Of a DNA stretch of 64,000 nt, positions 12,002 to 26,486 are shown in pieces (positions within the stretch are counted from its first letter, which is position 1; each line of letters opens with the position of its first letter). Under the pieces are notes generated by a model, which had not been told where the DNA came from, searched no databases, and worked only from the letters and a program-made list of their open reading frames with translations. Source of the DNA: Spizellomyces punctatus DAOM BR117. Its lineage: Eukaryota. The stretch lies in NCBI GenBank assembly GCA_000182565.2, contig KQ257452.1; one strand, 5' to 3'. The position numbers and the translations under genes are program-made.

Positions 12002-13776
12002 ATGCGAGCAGTAGTTGTCAAAAAGCCAGGTGGGGTTCACAGTTGCTTATTTATCTGATAGTGGCATTATTGAAAACGGGCGAAACAAAAGGCAATGCAT
12101 CCGGGCTGGCGATCGATACCGTTCCCAAACCGAGTCCAAAGGACGATGAGCTACTAGTGAAGGTAACAAACCTATCCATCCATTACAAAAAGGAGGTTCT
12201 GACTAATCAAAGTGAACCCAATATGATAGATCCACTCTTTTGCTTTGAACAGAATGGACATTCTCCAGCGGGACCAGCATTACCCCGTTCCAAAGGGGGC
12301 GTCTGATATCCTCGGGGTGGAATTTGCGGGTGTTGTGGAGGAAGTTGGTCCAAAGGGTATGCCGACGATCGCTCGATTTATAGATTGTGGATCTAATCTG
12401 ACTTGTTTGGTCAGTGGAGAGGTACAAGAAGGGGGATAGGGTTTTTGGACTCGTCTATGGGGGTGCCTACGCAGAGGTTGGTTGATGTCAACAAAGTTGA
12501 ATAATGGTATTCAGGAAAAGTTGACGTGCGATTCAGTATGTGACAATTTCGGAACACATGGCAATGTCCATTCCGGAACAGTTTACCTTTCAACAAGCGA
12601 CTGCCATTCCTGAGGTATGCAAAACACTTGTTTGTTTGTGCTCCACACATGATGCTGATCTAGTCCTTGGACAAAGGTTTGGTTCACGGCATATCAGGCT
12701 TTGTTTCTGATCAACGATCTCAAAGAAGGTACGCCTATGACAAAGGTAGATTTACGCAAACTGCCAAGACAGCTTATTTGTAAAACAGGCGAGGATGTCC
12801 TCATCCATGCTGGAGCCAGTGGTGTGGGGTTATCTGCTATTCAACTTGCCAAAAAGGCCAAGGCGTACGTCCGTTTTGTTTGTCATGAATCGTTATATAC
12901 CATTCCTCATAATTCTTTGTTTGCACCAAAAGAAAACACATCATTGTAACAGCCGGACACGAAGACAAGCTCGCATTCTGCAAATCCCTCGGAGCAACCG
13001 ACGGTGTCAATTACAAAAAAGAAGACTTTCAACAAAAGGTGCGGACTTGACAAATGACTTTTTAGACATGCTCAATGTCAACCCACTGCTGTGATAAACA
13101 AAAAGGTGCAAGAAATCACAAACGGAAAGGGTGTCAATGCCATTGTAGACTTTATCGGAGCGGGGTACTGGGATAAAAACCTGGCTTCTTTGGCAGTGGA
13201 TGGGCGTATGGTCCTCTTGGCTTTCTTGCAAGGTAAAGTATTTGCTGATCAGTATTTTATAGAGCGTCAAAGCCTGAGCCATTTGACCTATATAGGCGCT
13301 GTCCTCGAAAAGTCCAATATGGCACCTATCCTTCTCAAACGACTCAAGGTATGACTCGTGTGTTTCCATTCGACCAGACTACAAACACTAAGATTGGCCC
13401 GACAGATTCAAGGATCCACGCTTCGCTCCCGTTCACTAGAATACCAAATCGCTCTGCGAAACCATATTGAAAAAGAGGTCCTACCGGGCCTTGTCGATGG
13501 AAGTTTGAAATTGATTATTGATAAGGAATTTGGATGGGAGGACATTGCTGAGGCTCATAGGTGGGTAAATAGTGGTTTTACGCAAGTGAATTGTCACCAA
13601 TTTGGGGATTGAATCGCTCTGATTGGACTTTCCTTTGTTTTTCGGGACAGGTACATGGAAAGTAATCAGAGTATGGGTACGTTATGGTCTTATTCGCATC
13701 ACACAGTTTCTCTCCAGCCAAACTCACTTTCTGATCCGGCGCCTCAGGGAAAATCGTTGTAAATGTCACCAAGTGA
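12002..13776 (+). CDS. NADPH:quinone oxidoreductase, PIG3/zeta-crystallin family (about 13 exons)
   Basis: MRAVVV, LNRMDILQR..YPVP.GASDILGVEFAG, VLIHAGASGVG, GSTLRSR, GKIVV motifs. Confidence 0.9.
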
Positions 13777-14085
13777 GGGCATTTTATGCACTGATATCAT
13801 AAATCTGCTAGGCAGATAGTTAGGATCTTGCAGTGTTAGGCAGCATTTACCAGCCAACAGAGTATATATACGAGGCTTGGACAAAAAAGCAGAAAACAAG
13901 AAACTAAACACAACTTGGTAGATCAAAGAACAATATATACATCAGACCAGAATGCAATCGATACATGGCGTCCCATTCCCATTTGCATTGCACTCCAAAT
14001 TATGCAAAAGACATCATTCGCCTTCAGATTACTTATGCAGAACCCGCTGGTATACCCAATAACATACGCCACCTGCATCTCCACC

Positions 14086-15415
14086 TCACAATATGGGAAC
14101 ATTGATCCGGGTAGATCCATTCGTTGACGCCGAGCGCTCAGATGCGCGCATAGGATAAGAGGGTTGTCTGTTAGAACCCATAGGTTGAGCGTATTCTCTA
14201 GACGCCTGCAGTGGATGCGGTTGCTGAGGCTGCGAAGGTACACCGCGTTCGGAAGGACTATAATGCATCGAGACACCAGAGTCTCGCGGCTGCCGGGTTC
14301 CGGCGAATGCCTCTGGCGTCGCATGGTGTAGATGTGGGTCAGATACAGGACAAGACGCGCTTCTCGGAAGATTCAAGTGTGAAGCATTGTGCGCTGTTTC
14401 CCAGAATTCATGCATCGAGGGAATGGTGCTATAGCTCCTAAACACACCGATCCTATCAAAGAAGGGGTCAGAGAAAGGATCGCGGCGAGATGGATCTTGG
14501 GAAACTGAAGGACGCTGGCGAGTAATGCGTGCCCGTCCAGTCGGAATATCGGCAAAAGGATGACCCAAGAAACCCTGCAAAAATGGGTCCAGATGCTGAA
14601 AGCCGGGGTTAGGCCGACGTGTGCGGCTATGGGCTCGGAAATCTTCAAATGGATCATGACCTGGGGTAATGATAGCCGCGATCCATGGTCAATTCCCTGT
14701 CAAGCAGCGCAACCAAAAGCATGGTAAACGGCACATACTGAAAAGCTGTTCCATGACGGAAAATAGCGAAGTGTTTCCAAAGAAGGCTTCAAATACATGG
14801 AAAGGATCGACCGGATGTCCTCTCGGGTGTGCTGAAAGAATATAATGAAAAATCAGTACACAGGAGTCGTTAATACAGTGAACCGCAACACCACTTCACC
14901 GGATGGGACTGACGGATTCTCTGGGATATCCTTGGCTTGAGCACCTGAAGTAACACGCATGTGGTTAAGCACCTTTCACAAAATGGTTCTCTGAAAATGT
15001 CTAGGTCCTACCCGTGCGATCGTAGTACGCTCTCTTTTGATCTTGATTATCAAGCCAAATTAGAATCAACGATCTATCATGCTCTTCCACCGAAACTTGT
15101 TCATTCACTCCGTACCATCGCTCAACACTTCATATGCCTCAGCTACAAGCCGAAACCGCATTTGAGCTTCCTCAGCATTTTCCAAATTTTTATCGCTGAA
15201 CATCAAAGGAATCGGTATGAGGGCGCAAGTTGATATTCGCACTTCGAGTCAGACTTACGGGTGCCATTTAAGCGCTTCCTTTTTGTAACTACACATCAAT
15301 ACTACATTAGTACGTCAATTCATGGCAGGAAGAACCAACCCACTTACGCTTTTTTGATATCTTCTGCGGTGCAGCACTGTTCCAGACCAAGTATATCGTA
15401 ATACTCTGTTGCCAT
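14086..15415 (-). CDS. DnaJ/Hsp40 J-domain protein (multi-exon)
   Basis: MATEYYDILGL...DIKK / YKRKALKWHP / DKN...FRLVAEAYEVLSD. 3' end is approximate. Confidence 0.8.
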
Positions 15416-16417
15416 ATTGACGCGACGGTGACCGAGATCACAGATGAATGCGTTCAGCAAATCTCTTCACCGTAAAACAAGTAGACAAGTTCGACAGGTA
15501 AAGTTGCGGCAATCTGCAGTCGCCACAGATGGCGAATAAAACCTCCGTGGGGAAAACGAAGGAATGGCTGCGTAGGAAAGGGCGTGTTACGTGAAGTTGA
15601 TGGCACAGCTGTTCATGATTATGTCAGCAGAAACTGCCAGAACTGCGCTTTCGAACATTCCTTTTTGATAACCAGTTGACATGGTCTACCATGTGCAACA
15701 AGCAGATGTCATGACATGGTATCAGAGGCAGATACACACAAGTGGTACTCTGATACGCAGTCCGTGAGTGCTTTGAGAAGGCGACGTCTACTGAAATGGA
15801 GTAGACTGTAACGCCTAGCTGCATGCCCACCGTTGAGGTCCAATGCATGGGCTGTTCTTTAGTGCACTACGTTTCTTTCTTGGAATTGACATGCTCATGC
15901 GTTCATGCTTTCTACTCGTTTCTGGCTCAGCGTTACGATTTAATGAACTAAAACTTTAACAATTCTCTGTAACATTGTGCGTAAATACATTGCGACCCTC
16001 TTGAAGGCTGCCACGAATGACGATGACTCAGAGGGTTTGGGATCGCGCTTCCGTCATCCGGAATTCCCGCTGCCGACCAGCAAAACGGCATTTGTCAAGT
16101 TTCCAATTCCACATCTTTTAAAAAGAGCGACTTGCAAAGGTCACTTTTATAACCTCATCTCCATTCTCCACTCTCATACCATCGCAACGTTGCATCGCCA
16201 CGCCCAACGCATAGCCGCTTGGAGGCGATCCTTCGAGCACAAGCACCGAGACACTGCTTCTCAGCTCTCTGCTGCTATAGACAACTTTCGACGAGCATTA
16301 CCTAAAGGTGCTGACCCTCGAATTTGCAACGCTCAGAAAGCCCGTACTCTCAGAGTCCCGTTCTTTACTCCACAACGACTTGCCTCATTACGGCGGCGCA
16401 TTGTTCGACAGTCCACA

Positions 16418-18310
16418 ATGGCCGACGTTGCATTTGTGCCCCACCAACAACCCAAGGGCCGAAGTTGGTCTTTGTTCTCCTGGACACCGACATCAGTGAC
16501 GCTGGCGCAGGCGGCAGAAAACAGGTTGCTCTCTAGATTTCAGTACTTTAAGCCAGCGAGTACCCTCGTGGGAGCTGCTACACCACAGGAGGCTCGTGAA
16601 GCTGTACAAGAAACAACCGAACTGCCAACACCAACCAAAGACATCTCTCAAGATATTGCGTCGGTGCAATCCACGGAGCCGAACGAGAGTTTGATTGCCC
16701 GTGTGGGCCTTGTAGACGTTGGCGATGGGCAAATGATCAACACACTAGTTATCGATCGAACAGATGAAAAGTTGCATCATACCACGGGTGCTGGTATCCT
16801 GCGAAGAGAACTGAGTCATGGATCAGGCGGCGAAATGGTTCACTTGGAACAGGACGTGGCCCCCGTGGAAGAAGTTGGTCGAACGGGCACAAAGAAGAAG
16901 ACTCTGGTTATGGCGCACGGATATGGGGCTGGGTTGGGTTTTTTTTATAGGGTACGTTTGGTGATAAGCTCTCATCCAATACGGCAACCTGCATTGTTAA
17001 TTCTTTAAGGTCAACAGAACTTTGCTGGACTGAGCGACGTCTCCGGCTGGAGAATCTATGCTATCGACTGGCTTGGCATGGCAAATAGTAGTCGTCCGCC
17101 ATTCCCGAAATTAAAACGTGGAGCAACGGATGATGAAATCGTGGAAGATGCGGAGACGTTTTTTGTAGAATCATTAGAAAAGTGGAGAGAGGCGAATGGT
17201 ATTGATTCAATGACATTGATGGGTACGTATATCAGACTTTCATATTCGCCATGGTTATAATCTGATGCAGTTTTTAATAATAAATAGGACATAGTCTGGG
17301 TGGTTACCTCTCTGCATGTTACGCGTTGAAACACCCTGAAAGAGTCGAGAAACTTGTGCTTGTTTCGCCAGGTACATATCGCATGTTCAAATGGTGCAGC
17401 GGCTTGGCCTCTACTAAAATTCTCGGATATCAGCCGGTGTTGGCAAAATACCAGAAGGTCAGGAAGCGGCACTGAGACGACGTGGATTCCTACCCGCGCT
17501 CTTTACGACGTTGTGGTCATGGAATGTTACACCCATGTCTGTTATTCGTACGATGGGGCCCTGGGGTGAGTATTTTCTTATAAGATATCTTATTCGATAG
17601 TACACGTCAATTGCTAATGCGCTGATGAATAGGTCCATCACTGGTCCGCAAGTACACAAGTCGTCGGTAAGATGGACTGTTTGGACGTTGAGTGCGAGCC
17701 TGGATATTCATGATTATCGTTCAGGTTTGCCTACCTTGACCAGAGCGACGCAGACGATCTGCACAGTTATATCTATCATATATCAGCTCAGACCGGAAGT
17801 GGAGAGTTTGCATTAGCAAGATTACTTTTGCCGGTATATTACCTCTTCGAAGCTTGTTGTTGTTGCATCCTCTAATGAGTGCTTTGTTCCGCATAGGGAG
17901 CTTGGGCACGGAAACCCCTTCACGACCGCCTAGCCAATTTGAAGATGCCAACGACCTTCTTATGTAAGCACCAGTAAAATGTAGACCATCCGTTTCTTTA
18001 CAATTCTGATAACAAGACCATGTCACTTAGACGGAGCGCACGACTGGATGGATTACCACGCCGCCATGAGTGCCGTTAAAGGAATGAAGGTACCCACCCG
18101 AATAGCCCGCGTAGCTGATTCCGGCCATCACTTGTATCTTGGTACGTATAATTATCGTTTTGAGGACTGCCGCCATTTCTGACTCGACTGTTGTGCGTAG
18201 ATAACCCAATGGGGTTTAACAATGCCATGATTGCCGAGATGGTTAATAAGGATGTTGCGCGAAAGGGGGTGGAAGATGTTGAGTATGTTCATGTAAATGA
18301 CCGGCGGTGA
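16418..18310 (+). CDS. Alpha/beta hydrolase, Cld1/ABHD4/ABHD5 family (multi-exon)
   Basis: [42 protein letters not shown] nucleophile elbow, DWMD, GHHLYLDNP. Confidence 0.9.
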
Positions 18311-18580
18311 TATAAGGCTGGCGCTCGAAGCATAGATTTTAATTTATAGCGATTATCGTACGATTTATATGCAAGGAGGTTGAATCGCAAATACACGGCG
18401 AGTAGATCTGGTTTAGATCACGTGACAGACCTCAACTTGATGACATCACGCGAATTGTTGAGAAGTGTTCTTTCCTAGCCATTGCGTTTGATATTCCTGC
18501 CCTTGTTCTCTTGGTCGCCTTGTCTATCCTTTTGCATTTCCAAATATTCCATACTTGCATTACCGCAACAATCTTCCAAT

Positions 18581-19293
18581 ATGGCAATGAGAATCAGCAA
18601 CAAAATCTTGAACGGCCTTATTCAACAAGTATAATAGCAATTGACACTTTTCCGCAAATGCCACCTTTAATCGCTTCACATACACTCAGGCTAACCGCGA
18701 ACTGTCCAATTCAAATGCCTATCTCTCCATGTCCTTGTGGTTCCAAGACCGTGAACTTCCTGGCTCGGCCCAATGGTGCAAAACCCAATCTGACGAAGAG
18801 CGCATGCACGGTCTAAAGATTTTCGATCACATTGTAAAGAGGCGGGCAAAGGGGGCTTTGGTGCACGCAATCGGGCAACAAAAGTTTTCGTATGATGACC
18901 CTTTGCAGATTTGGTTAGTAGGTCTAAATGTTTTTTGGTTTGCTTGATTGGACATACTGATATATCATTTGTATGTGTAGGGAAAAGGCTCTGGAACAAG
19001 AACAGCTCAACTCGGTTGCCATCATGGATCTCGTCCGACAGGCGCGAGAAGAGGGTGACTATACGACCGACACGTTTCTTCAGTGGTATGTCGCGGAACA
19101 GCTTAATGAAGAAACGTCTGTGAAGGATATTTTGGAAAATGTAAGTCGGTTCTCTATTGTGTGCAACTTCTGGAGTATGCCCTTGTCGCATGGTGGTGAC
19201 AGTATTGCGTATTTGATCTAGGCTAAACGGGTCGCCGCAACGACTGGGTTGTATGTTACATTTGATTCGCAAATAACGAGGAAGCCACATTGA
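18581..19293 (+). CDS. Ferritin of prokaryotic (FtnA-like) type, 167 aa, 3 introns (18629-18689, 18914-18980, 19141-19221)
   Basis: NRELSNSNAYLSMSLWF, QSDEERMH, ALEQE and FLQWYVAEQLNEE carry the ferroxidase ligands. Confidence 0.9.
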
Positions 19294-19684
19294 GCATGTC
19301 ATGAGGAAAAGCAATTTTCGAGACGTTGTCCGCGTTATGGTCTGCTTGGTCGAATGGTTTGTGGGTGGGTAGGGAATATATTTAGGTCTGTGCATAGCAT
19401 CAAAATATAATGTAACTGAACCTCTGACAGCATCAAAGAATGGAAAATCGTATTTGTTTTGTGAAATTCGAAAGTCCAAGTGCATCCCAAAAAAAGCCAA
19501 ACCCGACAAAGGAGTGTCCCCACCCAAATAACAGAAACCCGAATAACAGAACTATATACATTTCGTTAAAAAGGCCTGCAAGATAGTCTGCTATACTATT
19601 CAAGAAGAGCCAACGTAACGCCCACCACCAAAAGATATTGAAAAGATCCAAGGCGATAACCTGCTAGAGCCAAAATATGTCCAC

Positions 19685-20880
19685 TTAAGCGGCGTGAACC
19701 ACTCGTACTTGCGGTTTGGCACCCAAGAAGGCTCGTTTGAAAGCTTTGGTGAGCTTCTTCACCGCCGGAGATTTCGATTTAACATCAATTTTTTGTGCTT
19801 CTTCTCCTTCTTCTTCATCTTCATCGCTGCTGGTGCTGTTCTTATTGCTTGTGGCAGTGATGATATTAGCGTCCGAGGTTTCCATTGGAGTAATGGATTG
19901 ATTTGATTCATTCTCCTCTATTTCTCCACTTTCATCCCCGCTCAATTCATTATCTGCATCGCCGCCCTCATCATCTATCAATTCCTCTGGGGGTATCAGT
20001 TTCACTTCTTCAGCGAATTGAACACGACGCTTTGGTCGATCTGTACTAGGTCTTTTCCGCGTCAAAACTCCAGTTGTTGCCGTCAAAGGACGACATACCA
20101 CCTCGGTTGGCTCCTCGTAAGAGTCTGATCCTCGTCTTGAGGCTTCTGCACTCGACACGTCCAAATGGGAACTCGCCGCAGCAGAATCCAGTTCCAGGCC
20201 CGCGAGGGCAGCATCCAGTTCATCCTTGGCGAACATTCGCCCGGCACCAAATGAACCAGTGCTCATGGATGATCGCCTGGCTGTCATATCGAGATTCGAC
20301 ATTGTGGATGATGTCGATGGGGTTGAGAGTTGGGTAAATGATGTCGACGCTTCGGATGGGGAGGAAGCGGCTTCAACGTCGGCGGCGAAGCTGGCGTTGG
20401 CGTCTCGTACAAGCGCTGCTCGATACCGTTTGGACCACCTTTGATATTATAAAATAATAAAAATACTTGTAAGCATTCTCCCCTCGTCAAGAACCATTAA
20501 ACTCGGTAAACTCCCATCACGCCTCACCTCAACATGACATACATCCTCTCCATTCTCTCCCGTTCCTCTCTGTCCTCTTGCCCCTCAGCCGGCGCCGCCC
20601 GCTTACCCAACATATCTCTCATAATAGCGTCATCCAATACACTCCCCCGTCGTCGGGTCGGAGGTGGAGGAACGCTGTCAAGCATGTCGTTTTCGTCCGA
20701 AGAATCGTGCTCTTTCTGCATGTCATCGAGAAGGTGCCCAGTAAGGGTTCTCGCATCGTCTTCATCCGAATGTCGGGAGAGTTTGTGGAGGTTCTCCTCC
20801 TGTGCCTCAAAAATGTGTGGTTCGGCCGTGGTTGTGATGTGGTGGGTGGGGGAATTAGACTTTGATATGCTTGCGTTCTT
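19685..20880 (-). CDS. Hypothetical low-complexity protein with RVxF-like motif (RRVQF); start codon unresolved
   Basis: Two open segments joined by a GT-AG intron near 20440-20527. Confidence 0.55.
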
Positions 20881-21969
20881 TTAAAGGACCGTGTTGCTTC
20901 GAATACATAAACACACACCGAGTTGCTCAACCCTTGTATGTACTTGAGAAATAGTGCACAAGATATACGCAAACTGAGAAAGTCGGTAATCTATAAAACC
21001 TAAACTGCCGTTTGCAGGAGAATTTCCACCAGGTCATTCTTTTCACATCCTTCCAGGTGTTATCGCAGTTTTTTTTTTGCTCACGGGCACACCAACACAA
21101 CACATACACACAACACAAATCCCACTCAAAATGTCTGGCTCACGTCACTATCAGCACCTTTTGCTCCCTCTTGTCCCTTCATGAACGAGATTTAATGGGG
21201 ACCACCCACGATCTCTTCATTGATGGCCTCACTGAACTGCACCGATACCCTAACCCTCGCGCGTATTCAAGTTATTATTGTTGTCCCAAGCCAAGCATCG
21301 CAAAGGAAACCCTGTTCAGCATCTATATGGTATTCCTTCTCAAAAAAGAATACGATCGATCTCACACACTCAGCTGCTCAGCAACACACATAGGAAGGAA
21401 TCAATCCTTTTCTGTCCCGCCTCGCCGAAATGCATACATCCCATCGGTCGGGTCCATGGAGTGCCCAAACAGAAAAAAAATAAGCTCTGGCTTTACTTCA
21501 AATATTGTGACCAACCCATTCAAGTATCCCGGTGGTATGGCATCGAATCAGAATTTACATGCAATTGGAAACGATGCACCTTGTATTTGGTAGACCATGG
21601 AGTTCAGATCTCATGCATGGAGCACAAAGAGTTTACAAGGTTTACAACATCACATCCCTCAGACGCTGTATGTTGGGGGATGACTCCCGATCATCAATGA
21701 GAGCCGACTAGGTCAATGATCCACAAATTGTGTTACCTCCCCTGACTCTAGAACTTCGAATACAGATATGCGCAAAGCTGAGCAGCGTCCTGCAAGTTTC
21801 TTGATGATTTAGTCAATGGTCGGGGGGAACAGCAAGAACGTTCAATGTAAGCACCGATGCGACAATGAACGTCCATTACAACGATTTCGTGGCGAGGGCA
21901 ATTCAATAGTGCTCGCTTGCCATCTCAACGATTACGTAATGTCGGAATAATACCAAAGCGACATTGGTG

Positions 21970-23791
21970 TCAAGTTGCATCGTTCTTTCCCACATTGAAT
22001 GAGCTCGTGGTTCCATCTCGCTTCATAATCGTCACTGATGGACCCGTGCGCTTTGGAGGCTGAGAAGCCATGGATGAAGTTGATGACGTTGAAGCTACAC
22101 GATTGCGGGACATTTTCCTGCTATCGTCTTTCTCTGGCCATGCCTCTGCAGGTTTTGAAAGATCCGTGGTTCCGGTATTGTCACGGGATCTCACTTGCCG
22201 AGGTTTACTTTTGCGAGTGTCTGTATCGCCTTCATTGATTACAGCCGTCACTCCATCAGCTGATGCATCGATGAGATCGCCTTCGAGTCGCGTTCGACGT
22301 TTCTGACGATACCCTCTCCCTTTACTTTCCTCCCTCTCCTGTAAACCAGGTCCATTGCTAGCTCTAGCTTCTGGCGCCGTATCCCCACTAGCGGAGGCAT
22401 CGTTTTGAGAGTCTTCATCCGCTTTTTGCTTTCGAGCACTCCCCCGCGGTCGCTTGGTCTCTTTGGCTCCGAGCACAGCACCCAATGAAGCCTTGAATAA
22501 TCCCCCGGTGGGAGCAAGGCGACTTCGCCGTTGTTCAGCTTTAGGTGTCACGTCCGTAGCCTCCTTGGAAGAAGCGCCAGATGCAGACGGAGTAGTTGCA
22601 GACTTCTTTCCAACGGGTGATGAAGATCGTTTGACTATTCCAGTTGGGACGACACTCTTTGTCATGCCAGAGGTACTTCCGGACTTGCCACCTTCCTTGG
22701 ACTTTGAGGAGGATTTCTTCTTTTCCGATCGTCGTGATTCTTTGCCTTTTGCATCTGTGACTGCTTTTGTTTGTTTACTTCCCTCAGCGCGTGACGCTGC
22801 CTTCTTTGCGCGAAGTGCATCGAGCAGAGGAGTCGACTTTGGTTTATCGGGTCCTGCGAGTTGGGATGAGCTTGCTGTTACTATCGAGGTGACGGTTGAG
22901 TGCGCAACGCCTTGCTCCTTCGCCACTTGATCCGCCAACAACGTTCTTTCCAATTTTTCCAGCTGTGTTTCTCCAGTGGCTACACTAGATGCTGCAGCCT
23001 TTGCTTCGTTGTCTTCTTCGAGACTTTTGAGAAATGCCAGAAAATCTGGGTCTGTGATAACCGCGTAAAGAGGATTAGTCTAGTAACAACTTGTCGCAAT
23101 TAGACACGTTGTACAAACCTTGTTCGATCGTATTCATTCTCGGGTCAGGCTTCTTCTTACTCTTTGGAATACGCTGGAAAGGGGCAAATTCAACCACAGC
23201 CCGATGCTCAACTCCTGTCGCAAAGATGAGATAAAGGTCTCGCGCCTAACAAACAAGCAGGTCCCCATACCTTTGGAATCTACAAAGAGATGACCATTGT
23301 ATGTACGACAGAAATCAAGAAGAGCATCGATGTTTTTAAAGTTGAGATATGCTCGAGAGAACACGCTGATCTTGGCTTGGCTGCAATTGAAATGAATGTA
23401 AGCTTTTACATAGGTGGTGCATCTGTTCTCCGAATGCTATATACTATACCTTGTGGCAATCTTTCCTGCAACAAAAGTCCACCAATCCGTCTCACCCAGC
23501 CATTTGTCAACGGTCGTCTTGAAGATCTCTTCGGGAAGATGAGGAGGTAATCTGCGAACGACAATCTTTGTGCGTGGCTTGTTTTCTTTTGCCTTACGAC
23601 CGGGTCGCTTCCGTGTTCGGCGTGAGCGTTTCTTGTCATCTGCCTGACTGCCTTTTGAGCGTTCATCTCCAACACTCCGAGTTGAGCTGTGGGATACTTC
23701 AGCAGCCGCTGGAGTCACTGCCAGTTCAGAGATATGTTCTAATATCACAGCAGAATATTCTTTGCTGACCTGCTTCCGCTGCTGTCACCAT
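21970..23791 (-). CDS. UPF3: Nonsense-mediated decay factor Upf3 (multi-exon)
   Basis: KIVVRRLPPHL.EE.F, FSRAYLNF, YNGHLFVDSKG, AVVEFAPFQRIP, TIEQDPDFLAFL, TPLLDALR. Confidence 0.9.
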
Positions 23792-25048
23792 GATGCCCCC
23801 AGGAATCCTCTTTAAGATTGTCGTTATCCCTTGTTCAAACAGCCTGTGGTCAATTCGATGCGTGGGTAAGTGGGGAACGATCGACAGTGCCACATGATAA
23901 GTGGCACAGTAACTGATAACGCACTTGTATGCAGCGATGGAATAGTTATCTTTGGCTGTTACCACCCTGAACAGGCACGCATCTCAAGGAGATCCGCAAA
24001 TGCAGATACTGGTACTCATTACATTTCTCATCGTTGTAAATGTGATGCTCAGACTCTTGTCTAGCTTACATATGGTGCCCATCCCTATATGCGCTATGGT
24101 TCATTCACCCTGGTTCCCAATGTCCTTATGTGTTGCATTCTGTCTTGGATCCAACAAAGTCAATGCTAATGTTGTTTTGCGCAAGGAAATAGTTCCCAAT
24201 GTTATTCATCGCCGTCCCTCCATCTAATGCATTGGGCCTGTTTGGCAGCACATTTGTCTTGGCATTCTCATCAATAAGAGCCTTTTGATCAAAAGTTGGA
24301 GAGCGAGTTTGTTAAATGACTTCATGTCCACAACGATTGTAGGCACAGCCATGAAACTGGGTGGCAACGTGACTCCACGTCATGATAGCGAAATTGAACG
24401 AGTTTAGCGGAGTTGATCAGTTTTGGCGTCAAGCAAACAGCCAAGTGTTCTAAAGTTGCAATTTTCACAATTTTGGTTTTCCATCCTTCCGCTTCCATCT
24501 ATCTCGAGTTTTGTCCATTCCTGTCTACCTCATTGCCTTTTTGCATTGAAAAAGAATATTCAAAAGCGACCTCAACTGCGACGCATACCTCGACCAGTCT
24601 GCGCATTCATCTCAGTGGACACTAGAACGTTGTGGTCAAGCTTGCCTTCTCGCCAACAATACAGTACAGGGTCTCTTGCTGACAAGCGTATGCCAACATT
24701 TGGCCGTAGCTAGACCTTCCGACGACCATAACGACCCTAAAAGCTTCAAAACCAGAGGAATAAGCTTGTGTGCAGTTAGTTGCTATTTTTAGCCTGGAAA
24801 CCTCCGAGGTCGTTGGTGGTTCCCACTTTATGAATACCAAATACGAACGTTTGAATCGCATGCGGTAGCTCAAATTGTCGTCAGAAGGACTGCCACCGGG
24901 AAAGGGACATTGGGGTGTGGAGGGCTACACAGAAAAAGCGAGAAAATTACTGAAGTTTAGCAAAAACCTACTCTCTTTGCAATCATTTTCACACAACCGG
25001 CTACATTCATTTCTGGAACATCAAGTACTTCCATAGGAACAACACACT

Positions 25049-26486
25049 ATGATGACCGATGGATCGTTTTCTATGGAATCAGAACGGAGTGCTTCCCACA
25101 TGCGTGCTGATAAACGCCCGGGGGTGCTTGACCCGCTCAAAATGAGATCCACAAAACATCGCACGAGTTACTCTTCTGCATCCTCATCCTCATCGACGAC
25201 CTCCTCTGTCGAGCATCACCTTCACGAATCAGCGGAAACAGACGCGGGTGGAGAGTGTGACTTGTAAGTTGTAAAGCTGTTCAGCCATCAGAGTGTTGCG
25301 TCAGGTTGTTAACTATTAACATTTACGTAGTGGTGAATCAATGTTACCGTCATGCATATCTCCTGCGCTGTATCCAGCTGAGCACTACACATCGCTAACC
25401 ACATTAAATCGCTCTCTTACCCAATCCGTTCTCCGATTTGACCAACTCACAACATCATACATCAACCTTCGAAACCAGTTGCGGAACATCCTGGACAGTG
25501 TCGAAGAGCAGGAACGACAATATGAAGCTTATATTGAAGAAATAGGGCAGCTGCGCTTTGAACGCAAGTTTTTGAGGGAAGTGGTTGAGCTGTCTTCGTT
25601 CAGGGAGCGTAAGCAGTCGAATGCATCGGACAAAAGTATAAACAGCACCGGGGCAAACAAGCGATGGAGCTCACCCATGAACACAGATAATGGTGATGGC
25701 TGGGGAAAAAACGCACGACGATGGACGGTGGGAGGCGCACATTCATTAGGAGCATGTGGTGCTTTCCACAGTTTGCCAACTAGCCCGCGTCTCTCAATAA
25801 CAAGTTCAACCTTCCTCCCGCACGTTGACGACGAGAATCGCGTAACGGTAGATGACCTAGCGTCGCGGAAAATTCAACGGGAAGCCTTTGCTGCCATGCT
25901 TCAAACTATACGTGAAACGTTTCTGGTGGGCGCGGGATTCGCTTCGACCATTGGGCCATTTCAAGGCTTGGAAGTGGACTCTGATGAGACGGATCGCTCC
26001 AGCTGTCGTTCCCCTTGCTCTTCCCCCGGCACCCCCGTCACTCTCCTCAACCCTAGTGTTCCGTCGTCACCAAGCCACATCCGCCCCACCCCACTCCCTT
26101 CGTACCCTTCCAACGAAAAACATGTAGAAACCATACACGCACGAATATCTCATCTCACAAACCTTATTGGACAGCTCGCACCTTCTGTTGAAGCCCTTCG
26201 CGAAAGTCTTGAGGACGTCATTGCAGGCCCCGCATTGGCGTATCGTGCGTGGGTCCGTGAAGCAGAGATTGAACGGGAAATGCTTCGAGTCGAATGTGAG
26301 GGTTTGCGAGAAGCTCGAGAGGGCTCTAAAAAAGTTGTGGATATGAGAGGAGTGAGTGAAGCATCAGTTGGCCTGATTTCGTCTGCGCTAGAGTCCTTGT
26401 GGGTTGAGCAAGGTGATGATGATCACGAAGAATGGGAATCAGAATCGGTGTACTGGTCGTGTGATGAGGGTGACGATGAACGGTAA
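25049..26486 (+). CDS. Hypothetical coiled-coil protein (2 exons)
   Basis: Long ORF with heptad-like segments; GT-AG intron at about 25264-25330. Confidence 0.65.

Noticed and set aside
15977-16417. Long N-terminal extension of the hydrolase ORF
   Set aside because: Begins at a non-ATG codon; the ATG at 16418 has good context, so this is probably promoter or 5' UTR.
8752-19293. Redox/iron gene cluster (Yap-like bZIP, QCR6, quinone reductase, ferritin)
   Set aside because: Unrelated genes are interspersed and no shared regulatory motif was found; probably chance neighbourhood.
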